The notes under the pieces: generated by a model
Database searches by the model: none
What the model saw: the letters and a program-made list of their open reading frames with translations, nothing else
Told to the model about the DNA's origin: nothing
Shown: piece by piece, positions 28,799-37,542 of the stretch
Layout of the letters: each line of letters starts with the position of its first letter
How positions within the stretch are numbered: the first letter of the stretch is position 1
Assembly (NCBI GenBank): GCA_965660305.1
Contig: CBFHZD010000002.1
Location: forward strand, 64,048 to 128,047
DNA length: 64,000 nt
Reading direction: 5' to 3'
DNA from: Flavobacteriales bacterium
Lineage (GTDB): Bacteria > Bacteroidota > Bacteroidia > Flavobacteriales_D > CAJJDF01
Program-made: the position numbers and the translations under genes

Positions 28799-30454
28799 TT
28801 AGTTGATGGATAGTTTCAGATCGATTTTTGCAGAAACCTTTAATTCAATGAAGTTATTCGGCATGACCTTAACGTTTTTACTGGAATTTCCTCCTATTGT
28901 CTTTAATGTTGTGTGATAGGCTATTTTTGATTGTCCATTAGAAATCAAACTCTGATATTGCTCTTTGGTCAAAGTAACATCAAATGTTTTACTAGAGGGA
29001 GAACTGACTTGACCATAATTAGGGTCCGAGGTTGGAACAGAAAAGTTAACAGTTCCTGGCATAAGAATAGAATTAATCCCCGAAGTGAATAATGAGTCTA
29101 GGGCAACATTGCTGCTATCCATAAAATAAACCTGTAGGCCTGCCTCAATAGGCAATCCGTTGGTTGCGACAACTCTAATAGTGACAGATCTAAGGCTTTC
29201 TGAGTCCGCAGAATCTAATCCAATAATGTCTTCGAGTTGGGCGCTACTTGTATCGTTTATTTTAAACCCAACCCCATAGAAATCAAGAGGTAAAGCAATT
29301 TTTGCATTTGCTTTTATTTGAGAAGATTTAGCAATAAAGTTTTTAGCAAAACCTCCCGGGTTCATTTGAACAGAAGTAGCATAAGCTATTTGATCGGGTT
29401 GTTCATCCAAAATTGTGGTAAGCGTGGGGATTGTATTGGCGTTGTTTATAGTGTGGTTTGTAACTGTAGAATCACCAATGAAAGCAGCAGCTCGAATTAA
29501 GGGTATCGAAGTAAGTCCAGGACCTCCAAGATTTTGATTTTGCGTGTTTTGCAGAGCAGTAATTGAAGTGAATTTGGCATCAAAGGAAATCCCAGCAGAA
29601 TTTGTGAGTTTCATCTCTATTCTGGGGTCGGCAAAGCTGACCGTTCCACCTAATATATCATCAAAAATTTCAGTTTCTAACGTGTCATTTTGAGTTAGAT
29701 TTTGGTTTCCAAAATAGCCGTAGACCTCTTCTAAATCGTTTATCTCTATGGTTGTATTAAACCCTATGGATTCTAATGTTGTTGCAGGTGTCGCTCCCTT
29801 TGTTAATGTTGTGTTGTAGCTTATTCTAATCGTGTTATTATTGGAACCTCCATCAGTAAGGTCCAAACTGTATCCAGCAAGAGATAAGTTAACCATTTTA
29901 GTTACCGGAACAGTACCCGAATAGTTTAACACTATGGTGCTGGTGTAGCTAACACCGTTTGATTTAAGAGAGGGAATGGTTACTACAATAGACAAAGAAT
30001 GAGTGTAATTAGACGAAATGGAGAATCTTAAATTCCCGCTATTGATAAGAACAGAATCAAGTTGCTGGGAACCTGGTACAGAAAAGCTAGAGACGTTACT
30101 TGTTTGAAAGCTATAAGAAGAGCCCGTTGGAACTGAATTAAATGCAGCAACTTCTGAGGCGCCCATAGAAACTGACGAGAAAAAAGACTGATTTTGAACA
30201 AGGTTAAAATCGCTGAGCCCGTATGAAAAACTTGGCGCGTCAAAAGTTAATTCTAATAGCCCGGTGGAAGGATTTAGTTCAAAAAAGTTATTAGTTTCAG
30301 AATTTAACCGTCCAATTTTTAAATTGGCAGTTCCTATAGGTATGGCAAAACTTGGGTTAAAAGCATCAGAATTTAAATTATCCAGATTGACTTCTTCCTT
30401 CATACAACTTGCCACCATTACTAATAAAAGTAGGGCTGTGGTTATGTTTTTCAT
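28799..30454 (-). CDS. Hypothetical surface lipoprotein (551 aa), S/T/N-rich
   Basis: Lipoprotein signal LLLLVMVASC. No family was recognised. There are 12 nt between its stop and the start of the downstream barrel gene. Confidence 0.6.
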   Translation of the reverse strand: MKNITTALLLLVMVASCMKEEVNLDNLNSDAFNPSFAIPIGTANLKIGRLNSETNNFFELNPSTGLLELTFDAPSFSYGLSDFNLVQNQSFFSSVSMGASEVAAFNSVPTGSSYSFQTSNVSSFSVPGSQQLDSVLINSGNLRFSISSNYTHSLSIVVTIPSLKSNGVSYTSTIVLNYSGTVPVTKMVNLSLAGYSLDLTDGGSNNNTIRISYNTTLTKGATPATTLESIGFNTTIEINDLEEVYGYFGNQNLTQNDTLETEIFDDILGGTVSFADPRIEMKLTNSAGISFDAKFTSITALQNTQNQNLGGPGLTSIPLIRAAAFIGDSTVTNHTINNANTIPTLTTILDEQPDQIAYATSVQMNPGGFAKNFIAKSSQIKANAKIALPLDFYGVGFKINDTSSAQLEDIIGLDSADSESLRSVTIRVVATNGLPIEAGLQVYFMDSSNVALDSLFTSGINSILMPGTVNFSVPTSDPNYGQVSSPSSKTFDVTLTKEQYQSLISNGQSKIAYHTTLKTIGGNSSKNVKVMPNNFIELKVSAKIDLKLSIN

Positions 30455-30588
30455 TGGTAAATGATTTACTGTTTAATGTTTTTTTAAGACAAAAAACTTT
30501 GATTCAGGTATAAATATACTAAAAATCAAATAATTAGAAGGTTTTCGACTTGGTTGTATGGTAAAATTGAAAAAGAACCAGCAATTTA

Positions 30589-30621
30589 TTATGCAAGCAT
30601 AACAAATTATTCTTATATTCG
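30589..30621 (+). promoter_or_regulatory. Putative marR-fad promoter: palindrome TTATGC-AA-GCATAA plus a -7-like box TATATTCG
   Basis: Perfect 6+6 inverted repeat at 30589..30602, 11 nt upstream of a 7/8 TAnnTTTG match (30614..30621). The marR ATG is at 30636. Confidence 0.35.
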
Positions 30622-30635
30622 TTCAAATCAAAAAA

Positions 30636-31109
30636 ATGAAACCAGAAGAAACCATCGATTTTAACATAAGATCCACTTGGCATAAAATTTCTAGAATGTA
30701 TAACATTCAGGCGGCAGAGCACGGAGTGAGTATGGCAACCGGAATGGTTTTATTGAACATAGATTTGAAGGAAGGAACTCCTTCTACGAGTTTGGGTCCC
30801 AAAATGGGAATGGAGTCAAGAAGTTTGACCAGAACACTCAAAAACCTTGAAGATGAAAAGATTATTTACCGACAAGCGGACAAAAAAGACAAGCGGAAAG
30901 TGAGGATTTTCTTGACAGAACTAGGAAAAGAAAAAAGAGAAATTTCGAAAGAAAAAGTGATTCAATTTAATGAACATTTAAGAAGCAACCTTGATAAAAA
31001 AGACTTGAATACCTTCTTTAAGGTAATGGAAAACATAAACGAATTAATAGACGAAAACAATATTTTTTTAGCTCAGCAGCTTCCCGAAAAAGGAAGTTTT
31101 GACAACTAA
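30636..31109 (+). CDS. MarR-family transcriptional regulator
   Basis: 157 aa. Winged-helix segment (LGPKMGMESRSLTRTLKNLEDEKIIYRQADKKDKRKVRIFLTELG). Confidence 0.85.
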   Translation: MKPEETIDFNIRSTWHKISRMYNIQAAEHGVSMATGMVLLNIDLKEGTPSTSLGPKMGMESRSLTRTLKNLEDEKIIYRQADKKDKRKVRIFLTELGKEKREISKEKVIQFNEHLRSNLDKKDLNTFFKVMENINELIDENNIFLAQQLPEKGSFDN

Positions 31110-31128
31110 TTGATAAAACACCTTAATA

Positions 31129-33516
31129 ATGAAAAGAAATATAAGAAGAGTAGCGGTAATTGGATCGGGAGTGATGGGCTCGCGAATTGCTTGTCATTTT
31201 GCTAATGTAGGGTTAGATGTTTTGTTATTGGACATTGTGCCAAACGAAGCCAAAGATTCAAATAGTAAAATGGAAAGAAACAAAATAGTGAATGATGCAC
31301 TAAAATTTGCTTTAAAATCAAACCCTTCACCTATTTACAGTAAAAGTTACGCAAATAGAATTACAACTGGAAACCTGGAGGACGATTTACATTTGGTTTC
31401 AAAAGCTGATTGGATTATTGAGGTTGTGGTGGAAAGGCTAGAAATTAAACACCAAGTTTTTGCCAACATTGAAAAACACAGAAAGCCAGGAACCATTATT
31501 TCATCCAACACATCAGGAATTCCAATTCACATGATGTTGGAGGGAAGAAGTGAAGATTTTCAAAAACATTTTTTAGGAACTCACTTTTTTAATCCTCCGA
31601 GATATCTGAAATTATTTGAAGTAATCCCTACTCCAAAAACTGACCCGGCTGTGGTTGATTTTTTGATGGATTATGGATCCAAAATATTAGGAAAAACTAC
31701 CGTTTTGGCAAAAGACACTCCTGCGTTTATTGCCAACAGAGTTGGAGTATTTTCTATCCAAGCTTTGTTCCATACAGTTGAAGAAATGGGATTAACCGTA
31801 GGTGAAGTGGATAAATTGACTGGCCCAGTGATGGGAAGACCAAAATCTGCCACGTTCCGTACTTGTGATGTGGTGGGACTTGACACATTAGTTCACGTAG
31901 CAAATGGAGTGAAAGCCAATTGCCCAAATGACGAAAGAAGTGATTTGTTTGAAATACCAAGTTATGTTTCCAAAATGGTGGAAAATGGTTGGCTTGGAAG
32001 TAAATCGAAACAAGGTTTTTACAAAAAGGTTAAAAATGCCGAAGGTAAAAGTGAAATTCTTGAATTGAATTTAAAAACGTTGGAATATCAGCCAAAAACG
32101 AGAGGGAACTTTCCAACCCTTGAAATGACAAAATCTGTCGATAATTTGAAAGATAGAACCAAAATGTTGTACAACGGAATGGATAAAGCTGGTGAGTTTT
32201 ACAAAAAATCGTTCAACGGAGTTTTTCAATATGTAACAAACCGTATTCCAGAAATATCTGATGAATTATACCGAATTGATGACGGACTTAAAGCAGGATT
32301 TGGTTGGGAACTAGGGCCATTTGAGTCTTGGGATGCAATTGGAGTAAAACCTGCCATCAAACACATGGAAAAAGCAGACTTAAAGCCTGCACAATGGGTT
32401 TATGAGATGCTTGAGGCTGGAAACGAAACTTTTTATAAGGTAGAAAACGGAACAAGGTTATATTATGATATTCCTAGTAAATCTTACAAAGTAATTCCTG
32501 GTACTGAAAACTTAATTTCTCTTGAAAACTTGAGAGACTCCAATACAGTTTGGAAAAATGCTGGTGTACATATTATTGATTTAGGAGATGGAGTATTGAA
32601 TGTAGAATTTCATACCAAAATGAATACCATTGGAAGTGAAATTCTTCAAGGATTGAACAAAGCCATTGATTTAGCTGAAACCGACCCGCAATGGAAAGGA
32701 ATTGTGATTGCCAACGAAGGTCAAAACTTCTCGGCTGGGGCCAACGTAGGTATGATTTTTATGATGGCAATTGAGCAAGATTGGGACGAATTAAATTTTG
32801 CTGTCAAAACTTTTCAAAACACCATGATGAGGTTGAGGTATTCTTCTATCCCAGTGGTGGCTGCTCCTCACGGAATGGCACTTGGTGGAGGTTGCGAAAT
32901 TTGTTTACACGCAGACAAAGTAATTGCCAATGCAGAAACCTACATGGGATTAGTAGAGTTTGGAGTTGGATTAATCCCTGGTGGAGGTGGAACCAAGGAG
33001 TTTGTTGTTCGTTTGAATGACGAATTAAAAGAGGGAGACATCAGAACAAACCAATTAAGAAATAGATTCTTGACAATTGGTCAAGCCAAAGTTTCTACCT
33101 CAGGAAAAGAAGCGTTTGAATTGGGTTATTTGAGAGAAGGTCAAGACGAAGTAATTGTGAGTAGAGCTCACCAAATTGGCTATGCTAAGCAACAAGTATT
33201 GTTAATGGACGCCAAAGGTTATGTAGAACAACCGCAAAGAACTGACATCGAAGTAATGGGGAACGAAGGAATAGGAATTGTGTATGTGGGAGCTCACTCA
33301 ATGAAATCTGGAAACTACATTTCTGATCATGATCAGTTAATTTCTGAAAAACTTGGGACGGTAATGTGTGGAGGAGAATTATCGAAGAGGACGAAAGTCT
33401 CTGAGCAATATTTATTGGATTTGGAAAGAAAAACGTTCTTGGAGTTGTGCATGCAGGAAAAGACCTTGAAAAGGATTGAGAGTATTTTGAAGACGGGGAA
33501 GGTTCTGAGGAACTAG
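31129..33516 (+). CDS. fadN: Fused 3-hydroxyacyl-CoA dehydrogenase / enoyl-CoA hydratase (FadN/FadB-like)
   Basis: 795 aa. N-terminal Rossmann VAVIGSGVMGSRIA and an HFFNPP motif. A C-terminal crotonase-like region (NFSAGANVG, ALGGGCE). Confidence 0.92.
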   Translation: MKRNIRRVAVIGSGVMGSRIACHFANVGLDVLLLDIVPNEAKDSNSKMERNKIVNDALKFALKSNPSPIYSKSYANRITTGNLEDDLHLVSKADWIIEVVVERLEIKHQVFANIEKHRKPGTIISSNTSGIPIHMMLEGRSEDFQKHFLGTHFFNPPRYLKLFEVIPTPKTDPAVVDFLMDYGSKILGKTTVLAKDTPAFIANRVGVFSIQALFHTVEEMGLTVGEVDKLTGPVMGRPKSATFRTCDVVGLDTLVHVANGVKANCPNDERSDLFEIPSYVSKMVENGWLGSKSKQGFYKKVKNAEGKSEILELNLKTLEYQPKTRGNFPTLEMTKSVDNLKDRTKMLYNGMDKAGEFYKKSFNGVFQYVTNRIPEISDELYRIDDGLKAGFGWELGPFESWDAIGVKPAIKHMEKADLKPAQWVYEMLEAGNETFYKVENGTRLYYDIPSKSYKVIPGTENLISLENLRDSNTVWKNAGVHIIDLGDGVLNVEFHTKMNTIGSEILQGLNKAIDLAETDPQWKGIVIANEGQNFSAGANVGMIFMMAIEQDWDELNFAVKTFQNTMMRLRYSSIPVVAAPHGMALGGGCEICLHADKVIANAETYMGLVEFGVGLIPGGGGTKEFVVRLNDELKEGDIRTNQLRNRFLTIGQAKVSTSGKEAFELGYLREGQDEVIVSRAHQIGYAKQQVLLMDAKGYVEQPQRTDIEVMGNEGIGIVYVGAHSMKSGNYISDHDQLISEKLGTVMCGGELSKRTKVSEQYLLDLERKTFLELCMQEKTLKRIESILKTGKVLRN

Positions 33517-33542
33517 ATGTTCAGACTGACGGATATTCGGAC
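33516..33542. repeat. Left terminal inverted repeat of the four-helix-bundle cassette
   Basis: The reverse complement of GATGTTCAGACTGACGGATATTCGGAC matches 34052..34078 at 23 of 27 positions (manual alignment). It overlaps the last base of the fadN stop codon. Confidence 0.75.
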
Positions 33543-33682
33543 TTTCAGACTTTGGATTCTCTGAAAGACTTTCGGATTGTCAGATTCTCAGATGTTCAGA
33601 CTTTTGTCTCTTTGAAAAAAATTCGGATTTTCAGAAGCTGATGTAGAATATAAATGAATGGTAATAAATTAAAAGAAACGAG

Positions 33683-34033
33683 ATGCACAATTACAGAGAA
33701 TTGAAAATATGGCATAAGGCAATTGATTTTTCTGTTGATATCTATGAACTTGTTGCTGATTTTCCAACTGATGAAAAATTTGGTTTGTTTTCGCAATTAC
33801 GTAGAGCCTCTGTTTCAGTTCCCTCTAATATTGCAGAAGGTTCTAGTCGAGGCACAGAGAAAGATTTTGCTCGATTCTTGACTATGTCTTTAGGTTCTTT
33901 TTTTGAAATTGAGACACAATTAATCATTTCTCAAAGAGTTAATTACATCAAAAATGATGAGCTAGAAGAATTTAAAACTAAAATAACTGATTTAATAAGA
34001 ATGATAATGGCTTTTAAAAAGCATATAAAATAA
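33683..34033 (+). CDS. Four-helix-bundle protein (23S rRNA intervening-sequence protein family)
   Basis: 116 aa. LKIWHKAIDFSVDIYELVADFPTDEKFGLFSQLRRASVSVPSNIAEGSSRGTEKDFARFL..GS..E..TQL, the hallmark pattern of this family. Confidence 0.85.
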   Translation: MHNYRELKIWHKAIDFSVDIYELVADFPTDEKFGLFSQLRRASVSVPSNIAEGSSRGTEKDFARFLTMSLGSFFEIETQLIISQRVNYIKNDELEEFKTKITDLIRMIMAFKKHIK

Positions 34034-34051
34034 AAACTTGTTCGTTTTTCG

Positions 34052-34078
34052 GTCTGAATATCCGAAAATCTGAACATC
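34052..34078. repeat. Right terminal inverted repeat of the four-helix-bundle cassette
   Basis: GTCTGAATATCCGAAAATCTGAACATC, the inverted partner of 33516..33542. Confidence 0.75.
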
Positions 34079-34110
34079 AGAAAATCTAAACATCAGAAAA
34101 TCTAATAAAC
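34065..34110. repeat. Tandem 16-nt repeat AAAATCT(G/A)AACATCAG, about 2.9 copies, ending at the fadA ATG
   Basis: Direct reading gives AAAATCTGAACATCAG AAAATCTAAACATCAG AAAATCTAATAAAC, then the ATG. Confidence 0.8.
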
Positions 34111-35289
34111 ATGAAAGATTCATATATAGTAGCAGGATACCGAACCGCAGTGGGAAAAGCACCAAGAGGAATGTTTAATTTCTACCGAGCAGATGATTTA
34201 TCGGCAGATGTAATTAGGCATTTGATGAAAAATGTACCGAATGTGGCAGCTCAACAAATTGACGATGTCATTGTAGGGAACGCAACCCCGGAGGCTGAAC
34301 AAGGACTAAACATTGGAAGAATGGTTTCATTAATGGGGCTAGATTCTGAAAAAGTTCCAGGAATGACAGTAAATAGATATTGCTCTTCCGGATTGGAAAC
34401 CATTGCAATTGCCTCTGCCAAGATAAACTCTGGAATGGCAGATTGTATCATTGCGGGCGGAGTAGAAACGATGTCGCCAATTCCTTTTGGAGGTTGGAGA
34501 TTAGTTCCTAATGCAAGTGTTTCGAAGAAAAGCCAAGAATGGTATTGGGGAATGGGATTAACTGCCGAAGCAGTTGCTAAACAATATGGGGTTACCAGAG
34601 AAATGCAAGATGAATTTGCTGTAAACTCTCATGCGAAAGCTGAAAAAGCAATTGATAGTGGAAGATTTCAAGAGGATATTGTTCCCATATTCATCAAAGA
34701 AACTTATTTGGATGAAAACGAAAAGCAACAAACTCGTGATATTGTTTGTGAAACTGACGAAGGAGTAAGAAGAGGAACAAATATGGAAGGTTTGGCAAGA
34801 TTGCGCCCAGTATTTGATGCGAGAGGAACGGTTACGGCCGGAAATGCCTCTCAAACTTCGGATGGAGCGGCATTTGTAATGGTAGTTTCTGAAAAGTTTT
34901 TGAAAGAAAACAACTTAACTCCTATTGCTCGTTTAGCTTCATATGCTGTTGCTGGACTTGAACCAAGAATCATGGGGATGGGTCCTTTGTATGCAATGCC
35001 AAAAGCATTGAAACAAGCGGGACTTTCTATGAATGATATTGAGCAAATAGAATTAAACGAAGCTTTTGCATCACAATCGGTGGCAGTAATAAATGAATTA
35101 GGATTAAATCCAGATATCGTGAATGTAAATGGAGGTGCAATTGCACTTGGTCATCCACTTGGATGTACTGGAGCGAAATTATCTGTTCAGTTATTTAACG
35201 AAATGAGAAAAAGAGGACAGAAATATGGGGCTGTAACAATGTGTGTGGGAACTGGGCAAGGTGCTGCTGGGATTTATGAGTTGCTTTAA
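34111..35289 (+). CDS. fadA: Acetyl-CoA C-acyltransferase (3-ketoacyl-CoA thiolase)
   Basis: 392 aa. Active-site motifs NRYCSSGLE, GHPLGCTG and CVGTGQG. Confidence 0.95.
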   Translation: MKDSYIVAGYRTAVGKAPRGMFNFYRADDLSADVIRHLMKNVPNVAAQQIDDVIVGNATPEAEQGLNIGRMVSLMGLDSEKVPGMTVNRYCSSGLETIAIASAKINSGMADCIIAGGVETMSPIPFGGWRLVPNASVSKKSQEWYWGMGLTAEAVAKQYGVTREMQDEFAVNSHAKAEKAIDSGRFQEDIVPIFIKETYLDENEKQQTRDIVCETDEGVRRGTNMEGLARLRPVFDARGTVTAGNASQTSDGAAFVMVVSEKFLKENNLTPIARLASYAVAGLEPRIMGMGPLYAMPKALKQAGLSMNDIEQIELNEAFASQSVAVINELGLNPDIVNVNGGAIALGHPLGCTGAKLSVQLFNEMRKRGQKYGAVTMCVGTGQGAAGIYELL

Positions 35290-35290
35290 C

Positions 35291-35418
35291 AAAGTTGGGC
35301 TTCGAGACAATTTTTCTTACAGAAAAACCCCTCAGCCAACAGACTTTGCACAAAACTGAACCCTGAGGGTTTTGTTTCTTTTTCAGAAACAAAATGTCTC
35401 GAAGGGTGGACTTGAGAA
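35291..35418. repeat. Nested-palindrome intergenic element (AAAGTTGGGCTTCGAG family)
   Basis: Outer inverted repeat CTTCGAGACA (35300..35309) / TGTCTCGAAG (35395..35404). Inner inverted repeat CCCCTCAG / CTGAGGG. The 5' 16-mer AAAGTTGGGCTTCGAG recurs exactly at 45061..45076. Confidence 0.6.
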
Positions 35419-35513
35419 AAACAAATTGAATTAAAACCTAACAGGAGAAAAAATATCTGTTTGGATATGAAAACACTAAAGACTGAATACTAACGACTAA
35501 ATACTTGAATAAA

Positions 35514-37289
35514 ATGGAAGCAATAAAAGGAGGTGAGTTTATCATCAGAGACACGAAAGCAAACGAAATTTTTATCCCAGAAGAGTGGACGGAAGAGCAA
35601 AAAATGCTAGCCGATATGTGCAAAGATTTCATCAAAACTGAAATCATGCCACACTTGGATAGAATGGATTCTATGGAAGAAGGATTTATGCCTGCACTCA
35701 TGGACAAAGCCGGTGAATTAGGCCTACTTAGTATTTCAATACCCGAGGAATTGGGAGGAATGGGAATGGATTTTAAAACGAGTATGCTTGCAACCGAAGC
35801 ATTGGGAGGAAGCTACTCTTTCTCAGTAGCTTACGGGGCACATACTGGAATTGGAACACTTCCTTTGTTGTATTATGGAAACGAGGAACAAAAAGCAAAA
35901 TACATCCCAAAATTAGCTTCAGGAGAATGGAAAGCTTCTTATTGTTTGACAGAACCAAGTGCAGGAAGTGACGCCAACTCTGGAAAGACGAAAGCTGTTT
36001 TGTCAGAAGACGGAACGCACTACGAAATTACAGGACAAAAAATGTGGATTACCAATGCTGGTTTTTCTCATTTGCACACTGTTTTTGCAAAAATTGATGA
36101 CGATGAAAAGCTAACTGCTTTTTTAATTGAAGCGGATAGCGAAGGAATTACGTTGAATGCCGAAGAAAAAAAGATGGGAATCAAAGGTTCTTCTACGCGA
36201 CAAGTATTTTATAATAAAGTAAAAGTACCCGTTGAAAACATGCTTTCTGAAAGGGAGAACGGATTCAAAATCGCTTTGAATATTCTGAATATTGGTCGAA
36301 TCAAATTATCTATCGGTACAACTGGAGCTGCGAAAGAAATTGTAACTGAGTCAGCAAAATATGCTAACGAAAGAGAGCAATTTGGAAGATCCATTGCTAA
36401 ATACGGAGCAATCAGAAACAAGCTAGGAAAAATGGCAGTTTCTATTTTTGCGAGTGAATCTGCAAATTATAGAGCGGCACAAAATATTGACGATGCCATC
36501 AAAGCATTGACAGAAGGAGGGATGAGTAAAGAACAAGCAACCCTGAAAGGAATTGAGCAGTTTGCACCCGAATGTGCTCTGCTTAAGGTTGTAGGTTCTG
36601 ATTGTTTAGATTTTGTTGTAGATGAAGGGGTTCAAATTCATGGAGGAATGGGATATTCTGCCGAAACCTTGGTCGAGAGAGCATACCGAGACGCGCGAAT
36701 CAATAAAATTTTTGAAGGAACGAATGAAATTAACAGACTTCTTTTGGTTAATATGATTCTGAAAAAAGGAATGAAAGGAGAAATAGATTTGATGGGACCA
36801 GCGATGAAAGTTGCAGATGAATTGATGTCCGTACCGAGTTTTGAAGAAGGAGAAGGAGGATTATTTGCTGTACAGAAAAAATCCTTAACTGGGTTTAAAA
36901 AAGCTATTTTGATGGTTGCAGGATCTGCGGTTCAGAAACTAATGGCAACTCTAGCCAAAGAACAAGAAATTTTGATGAACAATGCAGACATGATTATTGA
37001 CACCTATTTGGCTGAATCCATCATGCTAAGAGTAGAAAAATTAGTGGAACAGAAAGGAGAAGAAGCTTGCTCAGTTCAAATAGAGATGGTAAAAGCGTTC
37101 TTTTATGAGGCTTCTCAGCGCATAAATAAATCTGCTACAGACGCTTTAAACTCTTTTGCAGAAGGTGATGAACTCAAAATGATGTTGATGGGATTGAAAC
37201 GATTCACCAAACACGAACCTCACAATATTAAATCTTCTTACCAGAAAATTGCGTTAAAAATAATTGAGGAGAACGAGTATTGCTTTTAA
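35514..37289 (+). CDS. fadE: Acyl-CoA dehydrogenase (long FadE-type)
   Basis: About 590 aa with typical ACAD motifs (CLTEPSAGSD, GGMGYS, RINKIFEGTNEI). The ORF track starts at a TTG at 35505. The ATG at 35514 is preferred. Confidence 0.92.
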   Translation: MEAIKGGEFIIRDTKANEIFIPEEWTEEQKMLADMCKDFIKTEIMPHLDRMDSMEEGFMPALMDKAGELGLLSISIPEELGGMGMDFKTSMLATEALGGSYSFSVAYGAHTGIGTLPLLYYGNEEQKAKYIPKLASGEWKASYCLTEPSAGSDANSGKTKAVLSEDGTHYEITGQKMWITNAGFSHLHTVFAKIDDDEKLTAFLIEADSEGITLNAEEKKMGIKGSSTRQVFYNKVKVPVENMLSERENGFKIALNILNIGRIKLSIGTTGAAKEIVTESAKYANEREQFGRSIAKYGAIRNKLGKMAVSIFASESANYRAAQNIDDAIKALTEGGMSKEQATLKGIEQFAPECALLKVVGSDCLDFVVDEGVQIHGGMGYSAETLVERAYRDARINKIFEGTNEINRLLLVNMILKKGMKGEIDLMGPAMKVADELMSVPSFEEGEGGLFAVQKKSLTGFKKAILMVAGSAVQKLMATLAKEQEILMNNADMIIDTYLAESIMLRVEKLVEQKGEEACSVQIEMVKAFFYEASQRINKSATDALNSFAEGDELKMMLMGLKRFTKHEPHNIKSSYQKIALKIIEENEYCF

Positions 37290-37542
37290 TCTTCGGGTTA
37301 AAATTAGTGGAAGAGACAACGTTTCATTTTAGGGCGACTGGGGACATAGACTTGAGAGTCATTTAAGAGTGATAACACAGTTCTTTTTGAGGGTTCTAAG
37401 AAAAGAACTGCGTTGTCGTTTAAGAACTACTATTAGGAGACTCGTCACTTGTTGTAAACGAAGCAAATAAAGCCTTTTGCCTCCCAATCGGAAACAATAT
37501 GGCTAACCCTGTCAAAACTGGTTTTTTTGAATCAAAGCATAA

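Larger units (their letters stand above)
33516..34096 (+). mobile_element. Candidate IVS-like / MITE-like cassette carrying a four-helix-bundle protein gene, inserted between fadN and fadA
   Basis: 27-nt imperfect TIRs. Internal degenerate TTC(A/G)GA(C/T)TT repeats lie upstream, and 16-nt tandem repeats lie downstream. The single small gene belongs to the family known from 23S rRNA intervening sequences. No transposase is present. Confidence 0.4.

Noticed and set aside
34065-34110. Tandem 16-nt repeats considered as a possible CRISPR-like array
   Set aside because: The units are directly adjacent with no spacers, number only about 2.9 copies, and are far shorter than CRISPR repeats. No cas genes are in the window.
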